From positions 9,669 through 73,668 of the forward strand of contig PFPL01000045.1 in assembly GCA_002793035.1 (NCBI GenBank): a DNA stretch of 64,000 bases, in the 5' to 3' direction. Positions 10,186 to 20,765 of the stretch are shown piece after piece. The notes beneath the pieces were generated by a model. The model ran no database searches and had not been told where the DNA came from. It saw only the letters and a program-made list of their open reading frames with translations. A program made the translations under genes and the position numbers. Each line of letters opens with the position of its first letter. Position 1 is the stretch's first letter. The stretch comes from Candidatus Magasanikbacteria bacterium CG_4_10_14_0_2_um_filter_33_14. Lineage in GTDB: Bacteria; Patescibacteriota; Patescibacteriia; Magasanikbacterales; UBA922.

Positions 10186-13100
10186 ATGGATAAAAGATTT
10201 TTTGTTATAAAAAAATTTTATTTTTTAATTTTGGTTACACTCTTTTTGAGTGTTTTTTTATTTATTAATTTTGTGCGAGGTTCAAATAATGATATTGTCA
10301 TCACTGAAATTTGTCCGACTGGTTGTGCCAGTAGTGGTGAACAGTGGATAGAAATTTATAACAAAGGTAGTGAAGATGTCGATTTGTCTGGTTGGCGTTT
10401 TTGGGAAGCTGAAACTAACCATACACTAAGTATTAGTGTGAGTAGTACGATTCAAAGTTTTGTTTTGTCACCAGGAAGTTACGCTATAATCTCGCAAAAT
10501 GATATTACATTTTTTGATTTGCACCCAGAAGTTTCAATTTTGGTTTTAGATAGCTCTTGGAGTACTTTAAATAAAAGTGGTGAAGAAATTGGGATAAAAA
10601 TGGGTAGTGGAGATAGTGAATTCATTGAAAAATTTATTTATAAGTCAATTGAAAATAATTTTTCTTTAGAAAAAATTGATTACAATATTAATTCAACTGA
10701 CGAAAATAATTGGAAAGAGCATCCTGATGGAAATACTGTTGGAGGAAAGAATTATTGGTTTGTTGCAAATAATGATAACGACACAAATATTGTACCTGTT
10801 ACCAAAATTATTACCAATGGTACAGATTTTAAAATTGGAGAAGAAATAAATTTTGATGGTAGTCATTCGAGAGATAGTGATGGTCAAATTGTAGATTATA
10901 AATGGATTTTCGATAATAATACTTTGGCGACAAGCTCTGTTTTTTCTTACATCTTTCAAACAGTTGGACAATATGAAATTAGATTAGAGGTAACTGATAA
11001 TGATGGAGCAAAAGCGAGTGATACTTTTAATTTAAATATTTTAGAAGATTCAACTACCTCAACTTTATCAATAGGAACAACGAGTACGGATAATATTTTT
11101 TATAATATTGTTATCAACGAATTTGTGAGCGATCCTGTTTTGGAAGAAGATGAGTGGATAGAAATTTATAATAATTCTACTTCAACAATAGATCTAATAA
11201 ACTGGGAATTACATGAAGGTATCAAAGATAGTACTAGTACAAAAAAAATGAAAACTTTAGATAGTGTTTTGGAGGCTAATAGTTTTCTTGTTATTAATTT
11301 TAGTTCTAGTAAACTGAATAATTCAGGGGATAGAATTGTTTTTTATGATGATTTGGGAAATATTGTTGATCAAGTACGCTATGGAGATTGGATAGATCCA
11401 GATGATGAAAATTTGGCTGACAATGCACCTGCTACTTCAGATCCAAATGCAGTGGCGAGAATTGTAGATGGACAAAATATAGGAAATAATAAAAATGATT
11501 TTGCTGTAACAACTGAAAAAACACAAGGAGAACCAAATATTATCAAAGCACTTGTACCAGAATCAAATAATTCAAGCGGTGGAGGTGGTTCAAATTATAC
11601 ACCAATTAAAACTTACAGTCCGAAAAATATTTTGATAAATGAAATAGTTTCTGATCCTGCCGACGGTGAAGAAGAATTTGTTGAGTTGTATAACAACACT
11701 TCAGAAACTATAGATTTAACAAATTGGAAATTATCTGATGGAAGTGAAGCTGATACAATTTTGGATGGAGAAATATTGGCAAAAAAATATTTTGTTGTAG
11801 AAAAACCAAAAGGTAGTCTCAACAACGCGGGAGACTTAGTATTACTGACCGATCCTAGTGGACAAGAAATTGACAAAGTTGTCTATGGTACTTGGGATGA
11901 CGGAAATATTTATGACAATGCTTCTCCTGCCAATGATCCTTATTCACTTATCAGAAAAGTAGAAGGTCAAGATTCTGACAATGATTATTATGATTTTGTA
12001 ATTACTGATACTATCACCAAAAATGCCAAAAATATTTTTTCGATGAGTGGAGAAGAAAAAAGTTTAAATGAAAATATAATTTTACAAAGTAATATTGTTA
12101 TCAATGAAGTCTTTCCCAATCCAAAAGGTAGTGATAGTGAAGATGAATTCATTGAACTCTTTAACAAAGGGCAAGAGACTTTAGACTTGAAAGATTGGCA
12201 ACTATCTGATTCCACTAAGAAAAAATATACTATCAAGCAAGGAATTTTGAAACCAGGTGACTATTTTTTATTTAAACGTTCGATGACGGGTATTGCTCTC
12301 AATAATACAGGAGGAGACGAAGTAAAATTATATTCAGTGAGTGGCTCTGTAGTTGATCAAGTTAGTTATCCTGGTAGTGCAGAAGAAGACCTTAGTTATG
12401 TAAAAACTGAAGAGGGTAACTGGGTTTGGACGAGCAAAATCACTGCTGGCACTAAAAATATTATTGAAGGAAAAAGTGCTGAACCAATTATTGTAATTGA
12501 TGCTGACACTGAAGTCGCTGTTAACGAGTGGGTAACTTTTGATGCTTCTGATACTGTTAGTCCTGATGGTAAAAAACTTAGTTTCAATTGGGATTTCGCT
12601 GATGGTACTGATGATGAAGGTGCGAGTGTGGAACACAAATTTAGAGAAGAAGGCGTTTACTCTGTAACTTTGAAAGTCGATGATGGCACAAATAGTACTG
12701 AAAAACAAATTATAGTTACTGTAAAACTTAGTAGTGATTTTGTAGGAGGTTACAATGGTATAAGTGATGTTTTCAATTTACAAATTTCAGAAATTTTACC
12801 AAATCCTACTGGTTCGGACACTACAGAATTTATTGAACTATATAATCTAACTGATGAAACTATAGATATTTCAGGTTTGAAACTTGACGATGAAGAAGGT
12901 GGCTCCAAAGCTTATACAATTCCTGATAACACAATTATTCTAGCTCATGAATACAAGGTTTTTGGAAGACAAGATACCAAGTTGGCTTTGAACAACACTA
13001 GTGATTCTGTTCGTATTCTTTATCCTGATGGGACAATAATCAATGAAATAAGATTCGATGATGTGGTAGAAGGGGCCTCTTATGTACGTGATAGCGAGGG

Positions 13101-13959
13101 ATCTTGGCTTTGGACTAGTAACGTGACACCAGGAGCTGAAAATTTTGTAGCTGTTGTGCCACAAGTAAAAGGAACTAAAATTATTAAAGGAAAAAGTAAC
13201 GACATCAAACCTATTATCAACACGACTTTGTCCAAAGTTCGAGATGAAGATATTGGAGACTTAGTCTTTGTGACTGGCACAGTAGCGGTCGAGCCAGGCG
13301 TAATGGGAACACAATATTTTTATATTGTAAATGAAGTGGCAGGGGTGCAAGTATATATGTATAGCAAAGATTTTCCAAAATTAGAAATTGGTGATGAAGT
13401 TGAAATTACTGGTGAAATCACTGAGAGTGGCAATGAAACGAGAATAAAACTGAAAGAAAAAAGTGATATCAAAAAAATAGGGCATACAGATTTACCACAA
13501 GGACAAGTGGTTGAATTGGCGAATATAGGAGAAAGTTTTGAAGGGAGTTTAATAAAAGTAAATGGGGAAATTACTGAAATAAAAACTTCTTATATGTATG
13601 TAGATGATGGAACAGAAGAAATAAAAGTCTATTTCAAAGCTGGATCTGGAATTAAAAAAGATGTTTTTCGTGAAGGTGACTTGGTTGTTGTCACTGGACT
13701 TTTGCACCAAACTAAAACAGAGTATCAGCTTTTACCACGTACACAAAATGATATTATGAAAACTGGTGTAACTGAAGATTTTGTGACAAAACAAGAACAA
13801 GCTAAGAATCAAGATAATGCTGATATGGTCGAAAAATATTTGACTGCGACAGCAGGAGGTGTGACAGCAATATTTTTTGGGTTGTTTGCCAAGAATAGTG
13901 GTGGTAAGTTTTGGGAGAAAGTGAGGGGCTTTTTGAGAAAGATTTTTAGTAAAAAATAA
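10186..13959 (+). CDS. Large surface protein: 5 lamin-tail domains, 2 PKD domains, OB-folds, C-terminal membrane anchor
   Basis: Five I(N/T/S)E..P....E(W/F)(I/V)E(I/L)(Y/F)N LTD motifs; FDGSxSxDxDG and FDASxT..W.F.DG PKD motifs; GxxVxVxG OB-like segments. Confidence 0.85.
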   Translation: MDKRFFVIKKFYFLILVTLFLSVFLFINFVRGSNNDIVITEICPTGCASSGEQWIEIYNKGSEDVDLSGWRFWEAETNHTLSISVSSTIQSFVLSPGSYAIISQNDITFFDLHPEVSILVLDSSWSTLNKSGEEIGIKMGSGDSEFIEKFIYKSIENNFSLEKIDYNINSTDENNWKEHPDGNTVGGKNYWFVANNDNDTNIVPVTKIITNGTDFKIGEEINFDGSHSRDSDGQIVDYKWIFDNNTLATSSVFSYIFQTVGQYEIRLEVTDNDGAKASDTFNLNILEDSTTSTLSIGTTSTDNIFYNIVINEFVSDPVLEEDEWIEIYNNSTSTIDLINWELHEGIKDSTSTKKMKTLDSVLEANSFLVINFSSSKLNNSGDRIVFYDDLGNIVDQVRYGDWIDPDDENLADNAPATSDPNAVARIVDGQNIGNNKNDFAVTTEKTQGEPNIIKALVPESNNSSGGGGSNYTPIKTYSPKNILINEIVSDPADGEEEFVELYNNTSETIDLTNWKLSDGSEADTILDGEILAKKYFVVEKPKGSLNNAGDLVLLTDPSGQEIDKVVYGTWDDGNIYDNASPANDPYSLIRKVEGQDSDNDYYDFVITDTITKNAKNIFSMSGEEKSLNENIILQSNIVINEVFPNPKGSDSEDEFIELFNKGQETLDLKDWQLSDSTKKKYTIKQGILKPGDYFLFKRSMTGIALNNTGGDEVKLYSVSGSVVDQVSYPGSAEEDLSYVKTEEGNWVWTSKITAGTKNIIEGKSAEPIIVIDADTEVAVNEWVTFDASDTVSPDGKKLSFNWDFADGTDDEGASVEHKFREEGVYSVTLKVDDGTNSTEKQIIVTVKLSSDFVGGYNGISDVFNLQISEILPNPTGSDTTEFIELYNLTDETIDISGLKLDDEEGGSKAYTIPDNTIILAHEYKVFGRQDTKLALNNTSDSVRILYPDGTIINEIRFDDVVEGASYVRDSEGSWLWTSNVTPGAENFVAVVPQVKGTKIIKGKSNDIKPIINTTLSKVRDEDIGDLVFVTGTVAVEPGVMGTQYFYIVNEVAGVQVYMYSKDFPKLEIGDEVEITGEITESGNETRIKLKEKSDIKKIGHTDLPQGQVVELANIGESFEGSLIKVNGEITEIKTSYMYVDDGTEEIKVYFKAGSGIKKDVFREGDLVVVTGLLHQTKTEYQLLPRTQNDIMKTGVTEDFVTKQEQAKNQDNADMVEKYLTATAGGVTAIFFGLFAKNSGGKFWEKVRGFLRKIFSKK

Positions 13960-14073
13960 TTTTATTATTTAGATAGTAGTTAACAATTATTAATTAATAA
14001 TTAGTAATTATTAATTTTTTCTAGAAGTTTTTCTGATTTTTTGTTATAATATGTTTGTGATTTAAAATTTTTC

Positions 14074-15774
14074 ATGATTGATAATATTTTTATACAAATT
14101 TCCGTACTACTTGGCATTACAGTGTCCGTGGCTTTTTTGATGCGTGTTTTGCGCCAGCCTTTACTTATTGCTTATTTGATAGCTGGTATTATTGCAGGGC
14201 CGTTATTTTTGAATTTATTACAAAGTGGTGGTCAGACTTTCGATGCTTTGGCAGAATTTGGTGTAGTTTTGCTTTTGTTTGTAGTTGGTCTTAGTTTGAA
14301 TATACAACATATTAAAAGTATTGGTAAAGTAGCCGTGATTGCTGGACTAGCGCAGGTAATTTTTACAGCATCTTTAGGTTTTCTTATTTTGTTGGCCATG
14401 AAGTTTCCAGCTTCTTCAGCTATTTATTTGGCTTTAGCTTTGACTTTTTCTAGTACTATTATAATTGTTAAATTATTGGCTGACAAAAAGGATACTGAGA
14501 GTGTATATGGGCGCTATACGATTGGTCTCATGGTTGTACAAGACATTGTGGCTATTTTTCTTATGATGATAATTACTTCTCTTGGTCAAGGTAATAATAT
14601 TTGGATAGAAATAGGTGAGCTCGTGGGTAAAATATTTATTTTAGTGGGTTTTGTAGGTTTTACGGCTAGATATATTGTCCCAAAAATTTTGCAAAGCGTG
14701 GCTAAGTCTGGAGAGTTTCTTTTTATTTTTACGTTGACCTGGTGTTTTGGTATTGCTAGTTTACTTTATTGGTTGGGCTTTTCACTAGAAATTGGTGCTA
14801 TAGTGGCCGGACTGACTCTTGGCTCATCACCATTTCAATCAGAAATTTCTAGTCGTATTAAGCCTTTGCGAGATTTTTTTATTGTGATATTTTTTATCAT
14901 TTTGGGTAGTGAGATGGCTTTAAGTAATTTGGGAGATATTTGGTTACCAGGTTTAGTTTTATCTCTTTTTATTTTGATTGGCAATCCTTTTGTTCTTTAT
15001 TGGGCTTTTCGTTCCCAAAAATTTACCAGACGTAATAGTTTTTTAGCTGGTGTTACCGCCGCTCAGGTTAGTGAATTTGGTTTTGTGTTACTTATCGTGG
15101 GTAGAAATTTGGGGCATGTAATGGGAGCAGAATTGGAGGTCTTTACCATTGTGGCGTTGACCACTATTATTGTGTCTTCTTATTTGATTACTTATAGCGA
15201 GAAAATTTTTGAATTTTTGCGACCATTATTTAATCTGTTTGGGCCAGATAAGCATAGACAACGAGAAAAAAAACCAGAAATATTTAGCAACTGGGTTTTT
15301 GGCTACCATCGTATTGGTTGGAAAGTCTGTGAAGCCTTTTCGGAAAAAAATATGAAATATGCAGTAGTGGATTTCAATCCTGAAGCAGTGAAAACTTTGA
15401 AAAACAGAGGAATATCTGTATTTTTTGGGGATGTCAGTGATGTAGAATTTTTGGAGAGTCTTCCTTTGGAAAAAGCCAAGATGATAGTCTGTACTATACC
15501 AAGTGCTGAGGATCAAATAACTTTGTTTAAGCACATTAGAAAAATAAATAAGGGAGTGATTTTGGTGGGTAATTTGTATTATAATACTTATTTGGATGAT
15601 TTGTATGAAGCAGGAGCTAATTATGTTATGATGACTCATTTGTTGGGTGGTAGCTGGATTGCTGAGGTTATCAAAAATAAAACTTGGACAGATAAGACCT
15701 TTCAAGATCTTCGTAAAGATCAAAAAGAAGAAATGAAACTTCACTTCACTTCAGGAATTAATGAGACAAAATAG
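14074..15774 (+). CDS. CPA2 family cation:proton antiporter with TrkA-N domain (KefC-like)
   Basis: Many TM helices, FSSTIIIVK, QD and QVSEFGF; C-terminal GYHRIG Rossmann-like KTN domain. Confidence 0.93.
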   Translation: MIDNIFIQISVLLGITVSVAFLMRVLRQPLLIAYLIAGIIAGPLFLNLLQSGGQTFDALAEFGVVLLLFVVGLSLNIQHIKSIGKVAVIAGLAQVIFTASLGFLILLAMKFPASSAIYLALALTFSSTIIIVKLLADKKDTESVYGRYTIGLMVVQDIVAIFLMMIITSLGQGNNIWIEIGELVGKIFILVGFVGFTARYIVPKILQSVAKSGEFLFIFTLTWCFGIASLLYWLGFSLEIGAIVAGLTLGSSPFQSEISSRIKPLRDFFIVIFFIILGSEMALSNLGDIWLPGLVLSLFILIGNPFVLYWAFRSQKFTRRNSFLAGVTAAQVSEFGFVLLIVGRNLGHVMGAELEVFTIVALTTIIVSSYLITYSEKIFEFLRPLFNLFGPDKHRQREKKPEIFSNWVFGYHRIGWKVCEAFSEKNMKYAVVDFNPEAVKTLKNRGISVFFGDVSDVEFLESLPLEKAKMIVCTIPSAEDQITLFKHIRKINKGVILVGNLYYNTYLDDLYEAGANYVMMTHLLGGSWIAEVIKNKTWTDKTFQDLRKDQKEEMKLHFTSGINETK

Positions 15775-15900
15775 GCTTGTGGAAGGAATAGTTATAAGTA
15801 TTGACTTTTTATTACATTATTGATATAATTTTCTCGTCTAAAAAAGTCTTATATCTCTTATGTAATTCGTAGCTTTTATGAATTATCCAAAGATATATAT

Positions 15901-15973
15901 GGGCCAGTAGCTCATCTGGTAGAGCGCCGCCCTTGCACGGCGGATGTGGCGGGTTCGAGTCCTGTCTGGTCCA
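15901..15973 (+). tRNA. tRNA-Ala(TGC)
   Basis: Cloverleaf, anticodon TGC, G3:U70 pair; CCA not encoded. Confidence 0.96.
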
Positions 15974-16055
15974 CAAGGCTTCGCTACGCTATGCCTTGTA
16001 AACTTATTAGTTTATAATATAGCGTTCGGAATTGATTAAGTTTATCAGTATATTT

Positions 16056-16298
16056 ATGTTATATTTTGTTTATATAATAAAGTGTGCTGATGACTCTTTT
16101 TATATAGGCCTTACTTCAAATTTGAATAGACGAATAAAACAAAATTCCGATGGTATAAAAAGTTGTTTGTCTAGTAAACAAAAACCTGTAAAATTAGTTT
16201 TCTTTTCTGCTTTTCCAAATAAATATATTACTGCTAAGTTTGAGAAGTACTTAAAAACTCATTCTGGCAGGAATTTTCGTGGTAAACATTTTATATAG
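16056..16298 (+). CDS. Small GIY-YIG nuclease (possibly degenerate)
   Basis: FVYIIKC..DSFYIGLT.NL.RR and FEKYLK..SGR; the usual RxxxH His is replaced. Confidence 0.8.
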   Translation: MLYFVYIIKCADDSFYIGLTSNLNRRIKQNSDGIKSCLSSKQKPVKLVFFSAFPNKYITAKFEKYLKTHSGRNFRGKHFI

Positions 16299-16329
16299 TT
16301 GCTTGCTCGGCAGAGCGAAGCGACGACGA

Positions 16330-16404
16330 GCCGAGGTAGCTCAGTGGTAGAGCAGTGGACTGAAAATCCTCGTGTCGGGAGTTCAATTCTCCCCCTCGGC
16401 ACCA
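16330..16404 (+). tRNA. tRNA-Phe(GAA)
   Basis: Cloverleaf, anticodon GAA, encoded CCA. Confidence 0.97.
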
Positions 16405-16505
16405 GTCTTCGTCAGGAGTATTTTCTCCTGACTACACCTGGTAAACGAATTTCTTTTTTAGAAATAGTTTACGAGGCGTAGCCTGATGAAATCAGGACGA
16501 AGCCT

Positions 16506-16579
16506 CGGAGTGTAGCTCAGTTGGCTAGAGCACTGCGTTTGGGACGCAGGGGTCGAAGGTTCAAGTCCTTTCACTCCGA
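16506..16579 (+). tRNA. tRNA-Pro(TGG)
   Basis: CGGAGTG acceptor stem, anticodon TGG. Confidence 0.96.
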
Positions 16580-16680
16580 CAAATTTTATAAGAAACTTTC
16601 CAAAGATGGAAAGTTTTTTGTTAGACAAATATTTGAAATTGTTATAAAGTTAATGAAAATAATTTATAAATTTTAAAAAT

Positions 16681-17253
16681 ATGGATATAGAATTTGAAGC
16701 TACGTTTATTGATATAGATTTAGATATCTTTCGTAAAAAATTGAAAAGTGTCGGAGCCGAGTTAATCAATCCAGAACGATTGATGAAAAGAGTTGTTTTT
16801 GATCCACCTCAAGATATGGCGGGAGCTTGGTTGCGTGTACGTGATGAAGGTGACAAAATTACGATGAGTATCAAACAAGTTACAGGAAACAAAATCGATG
16901 AACAAAAAGAGACGGAGTTAATAATTGATAATTTTGAAGAGGGTGTGAAATTTTTGGAATCAATTGGTGGTAAGAAAAAATCTTACCAAGAAAACAAGAG
17001 AGAATCTTGGTTGTATAGAGAGGCTAAGATAGAGATTGATACTTGGCCTGGGCTTGAATCCTTTGTTGAAGTTGAGGCAAAGTCAGAAAAAATGGTAAAA
17101 AGTATTTCTGAAGATTTGGGATTGGACTTTTCAAAAGGACTTTTTGGTTCTGTTGAGATTGTATACAAAATAAAATTAGGAATACCTCCCAAAGTTATAA
17201 ATGATGAAACACCAGAAATAACTTTTGAGAATCCACCATTACAATATAAATAA
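16681..17253 (+). CDS. CYTH domain protein
   Basis: N-terminal ExE, LRVRDEG, K.RE.W and FVEVE motifs. Confidence 0.88.
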   Translation: MDIEFEATFIDIDLDIFRKKLKSVGAELINPERLMKRVVFDPPQDMAGAWLRVRDEGDKITMSIKQVTGNKIDEQKETELIIDNFEEGVKFLESIGGKKKSYQENKRESWLYREAKIEIDTWPGLESFVEVEAKSEKMVKSISEDLGLDFSKGLFGSVEIVYKIKLGIPPKVINDETPEITFENPPLQYK

Positions 17254-17263
17254 TAATTTTTAT

Positions 17264-17719
17264 ATGTCAGACAAAAATACAAAATCATTATTCAAAGAAA
17301 CCTACTTGTCAGTAATAAAAAATAGTGTTGGAACCAAAAGTTTTCAAAATTTTTATGCTAAAATAAATAATAAAAAACAAGATATTATGAATGGTGGAGA
17401 ATTGTCTTGTGCTTTTTTTGTTTCTTCAATTACAACTATGTTTGGTTTATCTGCTAGAGTTCACGGAACTGTTGATAATGCTGTAAAAGATTTTTTAAAT
17501 TTTGGTTGGGTTGAAATTAAAAAACCTCGTATTGGTGCAATTTTAATTTGGGAAGATTTGAATTTTGAAGGAGAGAAACACAAACATATTGGTTTTTATA
17601 TTACAAAGGATGAGGCCATTAGTAATAATAGTGTGAAAAAAGTTCCACAAAAACACTCTTGGGATTTCAAAGGTAAGAGAAAAGTTGTAAAGATTTTGTG
17701 GAATGAAAAATTGAAATAA
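17264..17719 (+). CDS. NlpC/P60- or CHAP-like cysteine hydrolase
   Basis: LSCAFFVS, P.xGAILIW and HIGFY catalytic-like motifs; ATG at 17264. Confidence 0.6.
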   Translation: MSDKNTKSLFKETYLSVIKNSVGTKSFQNFYAKINNKKQDIMNGGELSCAFFVSSITTMFGLSARVHGTVDNAVKDFLNFGWVEIKKPRIGAILIWEDLNFEGEKHKHIGFYITKDEAISNNSVKKVPQKHSWDFKGKRKVVKILWNEKLK

Positions 17720-17786
17720 TAATAAAAAAAGATTGAATTATAAATTTAATCTTTTTTTATTTCTTAATTTTATAACACTTAATTTA

Positions 17787-19310
17787 TTATTCCACCTTCG
17801 CTCGATACTGCAAAGCTTCCGCCACATGCTCGGTGGCAATATCTTCTACTCCAGCAAGATCAGCAATTGTTCTGGCTAGTTTTAGGATTCTATGATAACT
17901 ACGAGCAGAAAGATTCATGTGAGTAACAGCTTGTCTGAGTAAATCAATCGAATTATCATTTAGTTTACAAAAGTTTTTGATGTCTTTGTTTTTCATTTCG
18001 CTATTTGAACTATAAGAACTATTTTCAAATCTTTTGTTTTGAATTTCTCTAGCTTTTTCTACACGTTCACGAATTTTTTCTGAAGTCTCGGACATTGTGT
18101 CACCAGAAAGTTTTTCAAAAGGAACACGAGGTACTTCAACATGCAGGTCAATTCTATCGAGTAGGGGGCCACTGATTTTCTTTCTATACTTTTCTATTTG
18201 CAGTGGACTACAACTACAATTTTTATCAGGGTCGCTGGCATATCCACAAGGGCAAGGGTTTTGACTGGCAACTAGTGTAAAGCTCGCTGGGAAGCTCACA
18301 GTGCCTTGTGCGCGAGAAATAGTGACCACACCGTCTTCTAGTGGTTGTCTTAGATTTTCCAATACTAAGCGAGGGAATTCAGGAAATTCATCGAGGAAAA
18401 GTATGCCACGATGAGACAAAGAAATTTCGCCAGGTCTTGGATATTTTCCTCCACCAACTAGGGCGACAGCGGAAGCAGAGTGATGTGGTGTGCGAAATGG
18501 CCTTTGACTTATTATTGGTTTGTCTGGGGGGAGCATGCCCGCCACAGAATAGATTTTGGTGACCTCAATTGCTTCTTTGGTTGTCATTTGTGGCAGTATG
18601 GAAGGTAGAGTTCTTGCAAGCAAAGTTTTACCAGAACCAGGAGGTCCTGATAGTAAAATGTTGTGTCCACCGCTGGCCGCAATTTCCAAACCACGTTTGG
18701 CAAACTCTTGGCCTTTGACATAAGCCATGTCTAGTTCGTTGACAGGATTTTCAAACCATTCTTCTAGAGAAATGTTTTCCATTTTTTTTATTTCAGCTTC
18801 ACCTAGAATATGGTTTATTACTTCTGCAAAAGTTTTTACAGGATAAATATTTATGCCATGAATGATAGCAGCCTCTTTAGCATTGGCTTCTGGGACAAAA
18901 ATATTTTTATAACCTTTGTCTCGTGCGAAAATAGCCAAAGGAAGAATACCGTTGGTGTGTCGCAGAGTCCCGTCCAAAGCTAGCTCACCCACAAAAATAC
19001 TATCTTGCAAATTGATAGTAGTTAGTTTTTCTGAAGAGACATACATGCCGATAGCAATCGGTAAATCATAAGCAGTTCCTTCCTTACGGACGTCAGCAGG
19101 GGCTAGATTGATAATAATTCTACTATTGTTTGGGAAAGAAAGATTGGTGTTTTTCCATGCAGTTCTTATTCTTTCTTTGGCTTCTTGAATGGCCGTGTCT
19201 GGTAATCCTACTATTTGAAAACCTGGCCAACTACCTGAGATATCTACTTCCACTTCAATAGGAGTACAGTCTAAGCCCAAAATAGCGACAGAATTTATTT
19301 TTATAAACAT
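17787..19310 (-). CDS. comM: YifB/ComM Mg-chelatase-like AAA+ ATPase
   Basis: VGLPD..IQEAKER, NLAPAD, GPPGSGKT, FLDEFPEF and NPCPCG motifs. Confidence 0.95.
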   Translation of the reverse strand: MFIKINSVAILGLDCTPIEVEVDISGSWPGFQIVGLPDTAIQEAKERIRTAWKNTNLSFPNNSRIIINLAPADVRKEGTAYDLPIAIGMYVSSEKLTTINLQDSIFVGELALDGTLRHTNGILPLAIFARDKGYKNIFVPEANAKEAAIIHGINIYPVKTFAEVINHILGEAEIKKMENISLEEWFENPVNELDMAYVKGQEFAKRGLEIAASGGHNILLSGPPGSGKTLLARTLPSILPQMTTKEAIEVTKIYSVAGMLPPDKPIISQRPFRTPHHSASAVALVGGGKYPRPGEISLSHRGILFLDEFPEFPRLVLENLRQPLEDGVVTISRAQGTVSFPASFTLVASQNPCPCGYASDPDKNCSCSPLQIEKYRKKISGPLLDRIDLHVEVPRVPFEKLSGDTMSETSEKIRERVEKAREIQNKRFENSSYSSNSEMKNKDIKNFCKLNDNSIDLLRQAVTHMNLSARSYHRILKLARTIADLAGVEDIATEHVAEALQYRAKVE

Positions 19311-19440
19311 AAAGAAGTTTATTAGTTGATTGGTTTAATAGATTATTTGTTAATATATAAATTATAAAAAAATCTTCCCTTGCTGGAAGACTTTATTTGA
19401 AACTTATCTAATGCCCTCCAGCAAGAAATTGTTTTTTATA

Positions 19441-19878
19441 TTATTTACTTTTTTTATTTTTACTTAATAATAAAACCGCTCCAATTACAATAGTAATATC
19501 AGCTAGATTCATGACAGAAGTTAGAACACGAAAGTAATCGATAGTAATAGAAAAAACAATTCTATCAATAAGATTGGAAATGGCTCCAGCAAAGATAAGA
19601 CAGACTCCTAGATAGAAATGATTTGTTTTGTGTGTATTTTTATTCCACCAATAGGCTAGAGCTAGTAAAATAAGAGGTGTTAATAGTAATATAAAAAACT
19701 GTGGCACAGGTAGTCCAAAGGCAATGCCAGGATTAGGGAAGTATTCCCAGCCAAGCCAAGGCTTCAAGAGATAAAAACGAAAACTTTGATTGTGAAAAGC
19801 CAAGTATTTGAGAAATTGATCTAATACAAACAAAAAACCACTTAGCAGAAAATATATCTTCAAGTGGTTTGATTTCAT
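19441..19878 (-). CDS. lspA: Signal peptidase II
   Basis: DQFLK, NPGIAFG, GAISNLIDR and MNLAD motifs. Confidence 0.92.
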   Translation of the reverse strand: MKSNHLKIYFLLSGFLFVLDQFLKYLAFHNQSFRFYLLKPWLGWEYFPNPGIAFGLPVPQFFILLLTPLILLALAYWWNKNTHKTNHFYLGVCLIFAGAISNLIDRIVFSITIDYFRVLTSVMNLADITIVIGAVLLLSKNKKSK

Positions 19879-19899
19879 ATTAAAACTTTGAAAAGCTAA

Positions 19900-20286
19900 T
19901 TAAAGCTCTTGAGTGATAGTCTTTTTACAACTAACACAAGAACCAGAAGTAGGTCTTGCACGCAATCTTTTTTCTTCAATAGGTTGTTTACAGTATTTAC
20001 AAATACCATAAGTACCTGCTTTGATAGATTTCAAAGCCTTGTCTACATCTTTCAATTCTTTTTCAAGTTGTAGTTCTACAGGTTTGTTCGCTAAGTATTC
20101 TGTGACTTCTTGGGTGTTTTCGTCCACATCGTCGCCATATTCAGAGTAAGATGTTTCATATTCATCAGCTACATGTGGATCTTTTTTTGCAAATTTATCT
20201 AATTCAGCTACTAATTTAGCTCTTTGTTCGGTAATTAAAGTTTCCATCTCTTTGATAAGTTGTGGATCTAGTGTTATTTTTGTCAT
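19900..20286 (-). CDS. DksA/TraR family C4 zinc-finger protein
   Basis: Coiled coil plus GTYGICKYC...I...RL.ARP....CVSC; own promoter TTGCCT-17-TATAAT near 20340. Confidence 0.9.
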   Translation of the reverse strand: MTKITLDPQLIKEMETLITEQRAKLVAELDKFAKKDPHVADEYETSYSEYGDDVDENTQEVTEYLANKPVELQLEKELKDVDKALKSIKAGTYGICKYCKQPIEEKRLRARPTSGSCVSCKKTITQEL

Positions 20287-20368
20287 ATTATTTTATTGTT
20301 TTTATAGGAAAATTATATAATAATTTAGCTAAAAAGGCAAGAGGGGAAGTTTTATTTTTAATTTTGGC

Positions 20369-20759
20369 AAAAAAAAAGAGGCAAACCGTGGCCCAAATAG
20401 AATTTAGTGGCTGGTGCCTCTAGTAATCCCAATGTGCCGGTATTGTCCAAGCTTCTTAAATACTTTAATTTCTTAAAATACTTAAATAGCTTGGAAAATG
20501 CCAGGTAAAACCTGGGATTTTATAGCTTTGACCGCTCGCTGGTGGAAGCCTCTGACAAGTTTCTGTTTAGGAACGCTTGTTATGGTAGAGGACACCTGTT
20601 AAACTTTTGTGTTTGTTTTTGGACATTCTCCGAAGAGATTGTCTGGGTGCAAGCAGTGCTCTAAGCTGTGAGAGAGATTCCCACGTGTGTCTTCTTACCG
20701 TATATCTCTGATATCCGTTATCGAAGTCTTCATGTTGGAAACTCTTTTGTAATGTTCAC
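20369..20759 (-). ncRNA. Unidentified ~390-nt structured non-coding RNA
   Basis: Perfect promoter upstream, nested stems with G-U pairs on the minus strand, cUUCGg tetraloop, 3' hairpin plus U9; no long ORF. Confidence 0.65.
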
Positions 20760-20765
20760 AAATAT

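Noticed and set aside
16299-16481. 60-aa ORF; likewise 6487-6690
   Set aside because: They overlap tRNA genes.
20369-20759. tmRNA (including permuted), RNase P, T-box or c-di-GMP riboswitch identity for the ncRNA
   Set aside because: An internal UCCACCA and a plus-strand GGCAAACC occur, but there is no T-arm, GGGG acceptor strand, RNase P P4 motif, T-box sequence or remaining GEMM core.
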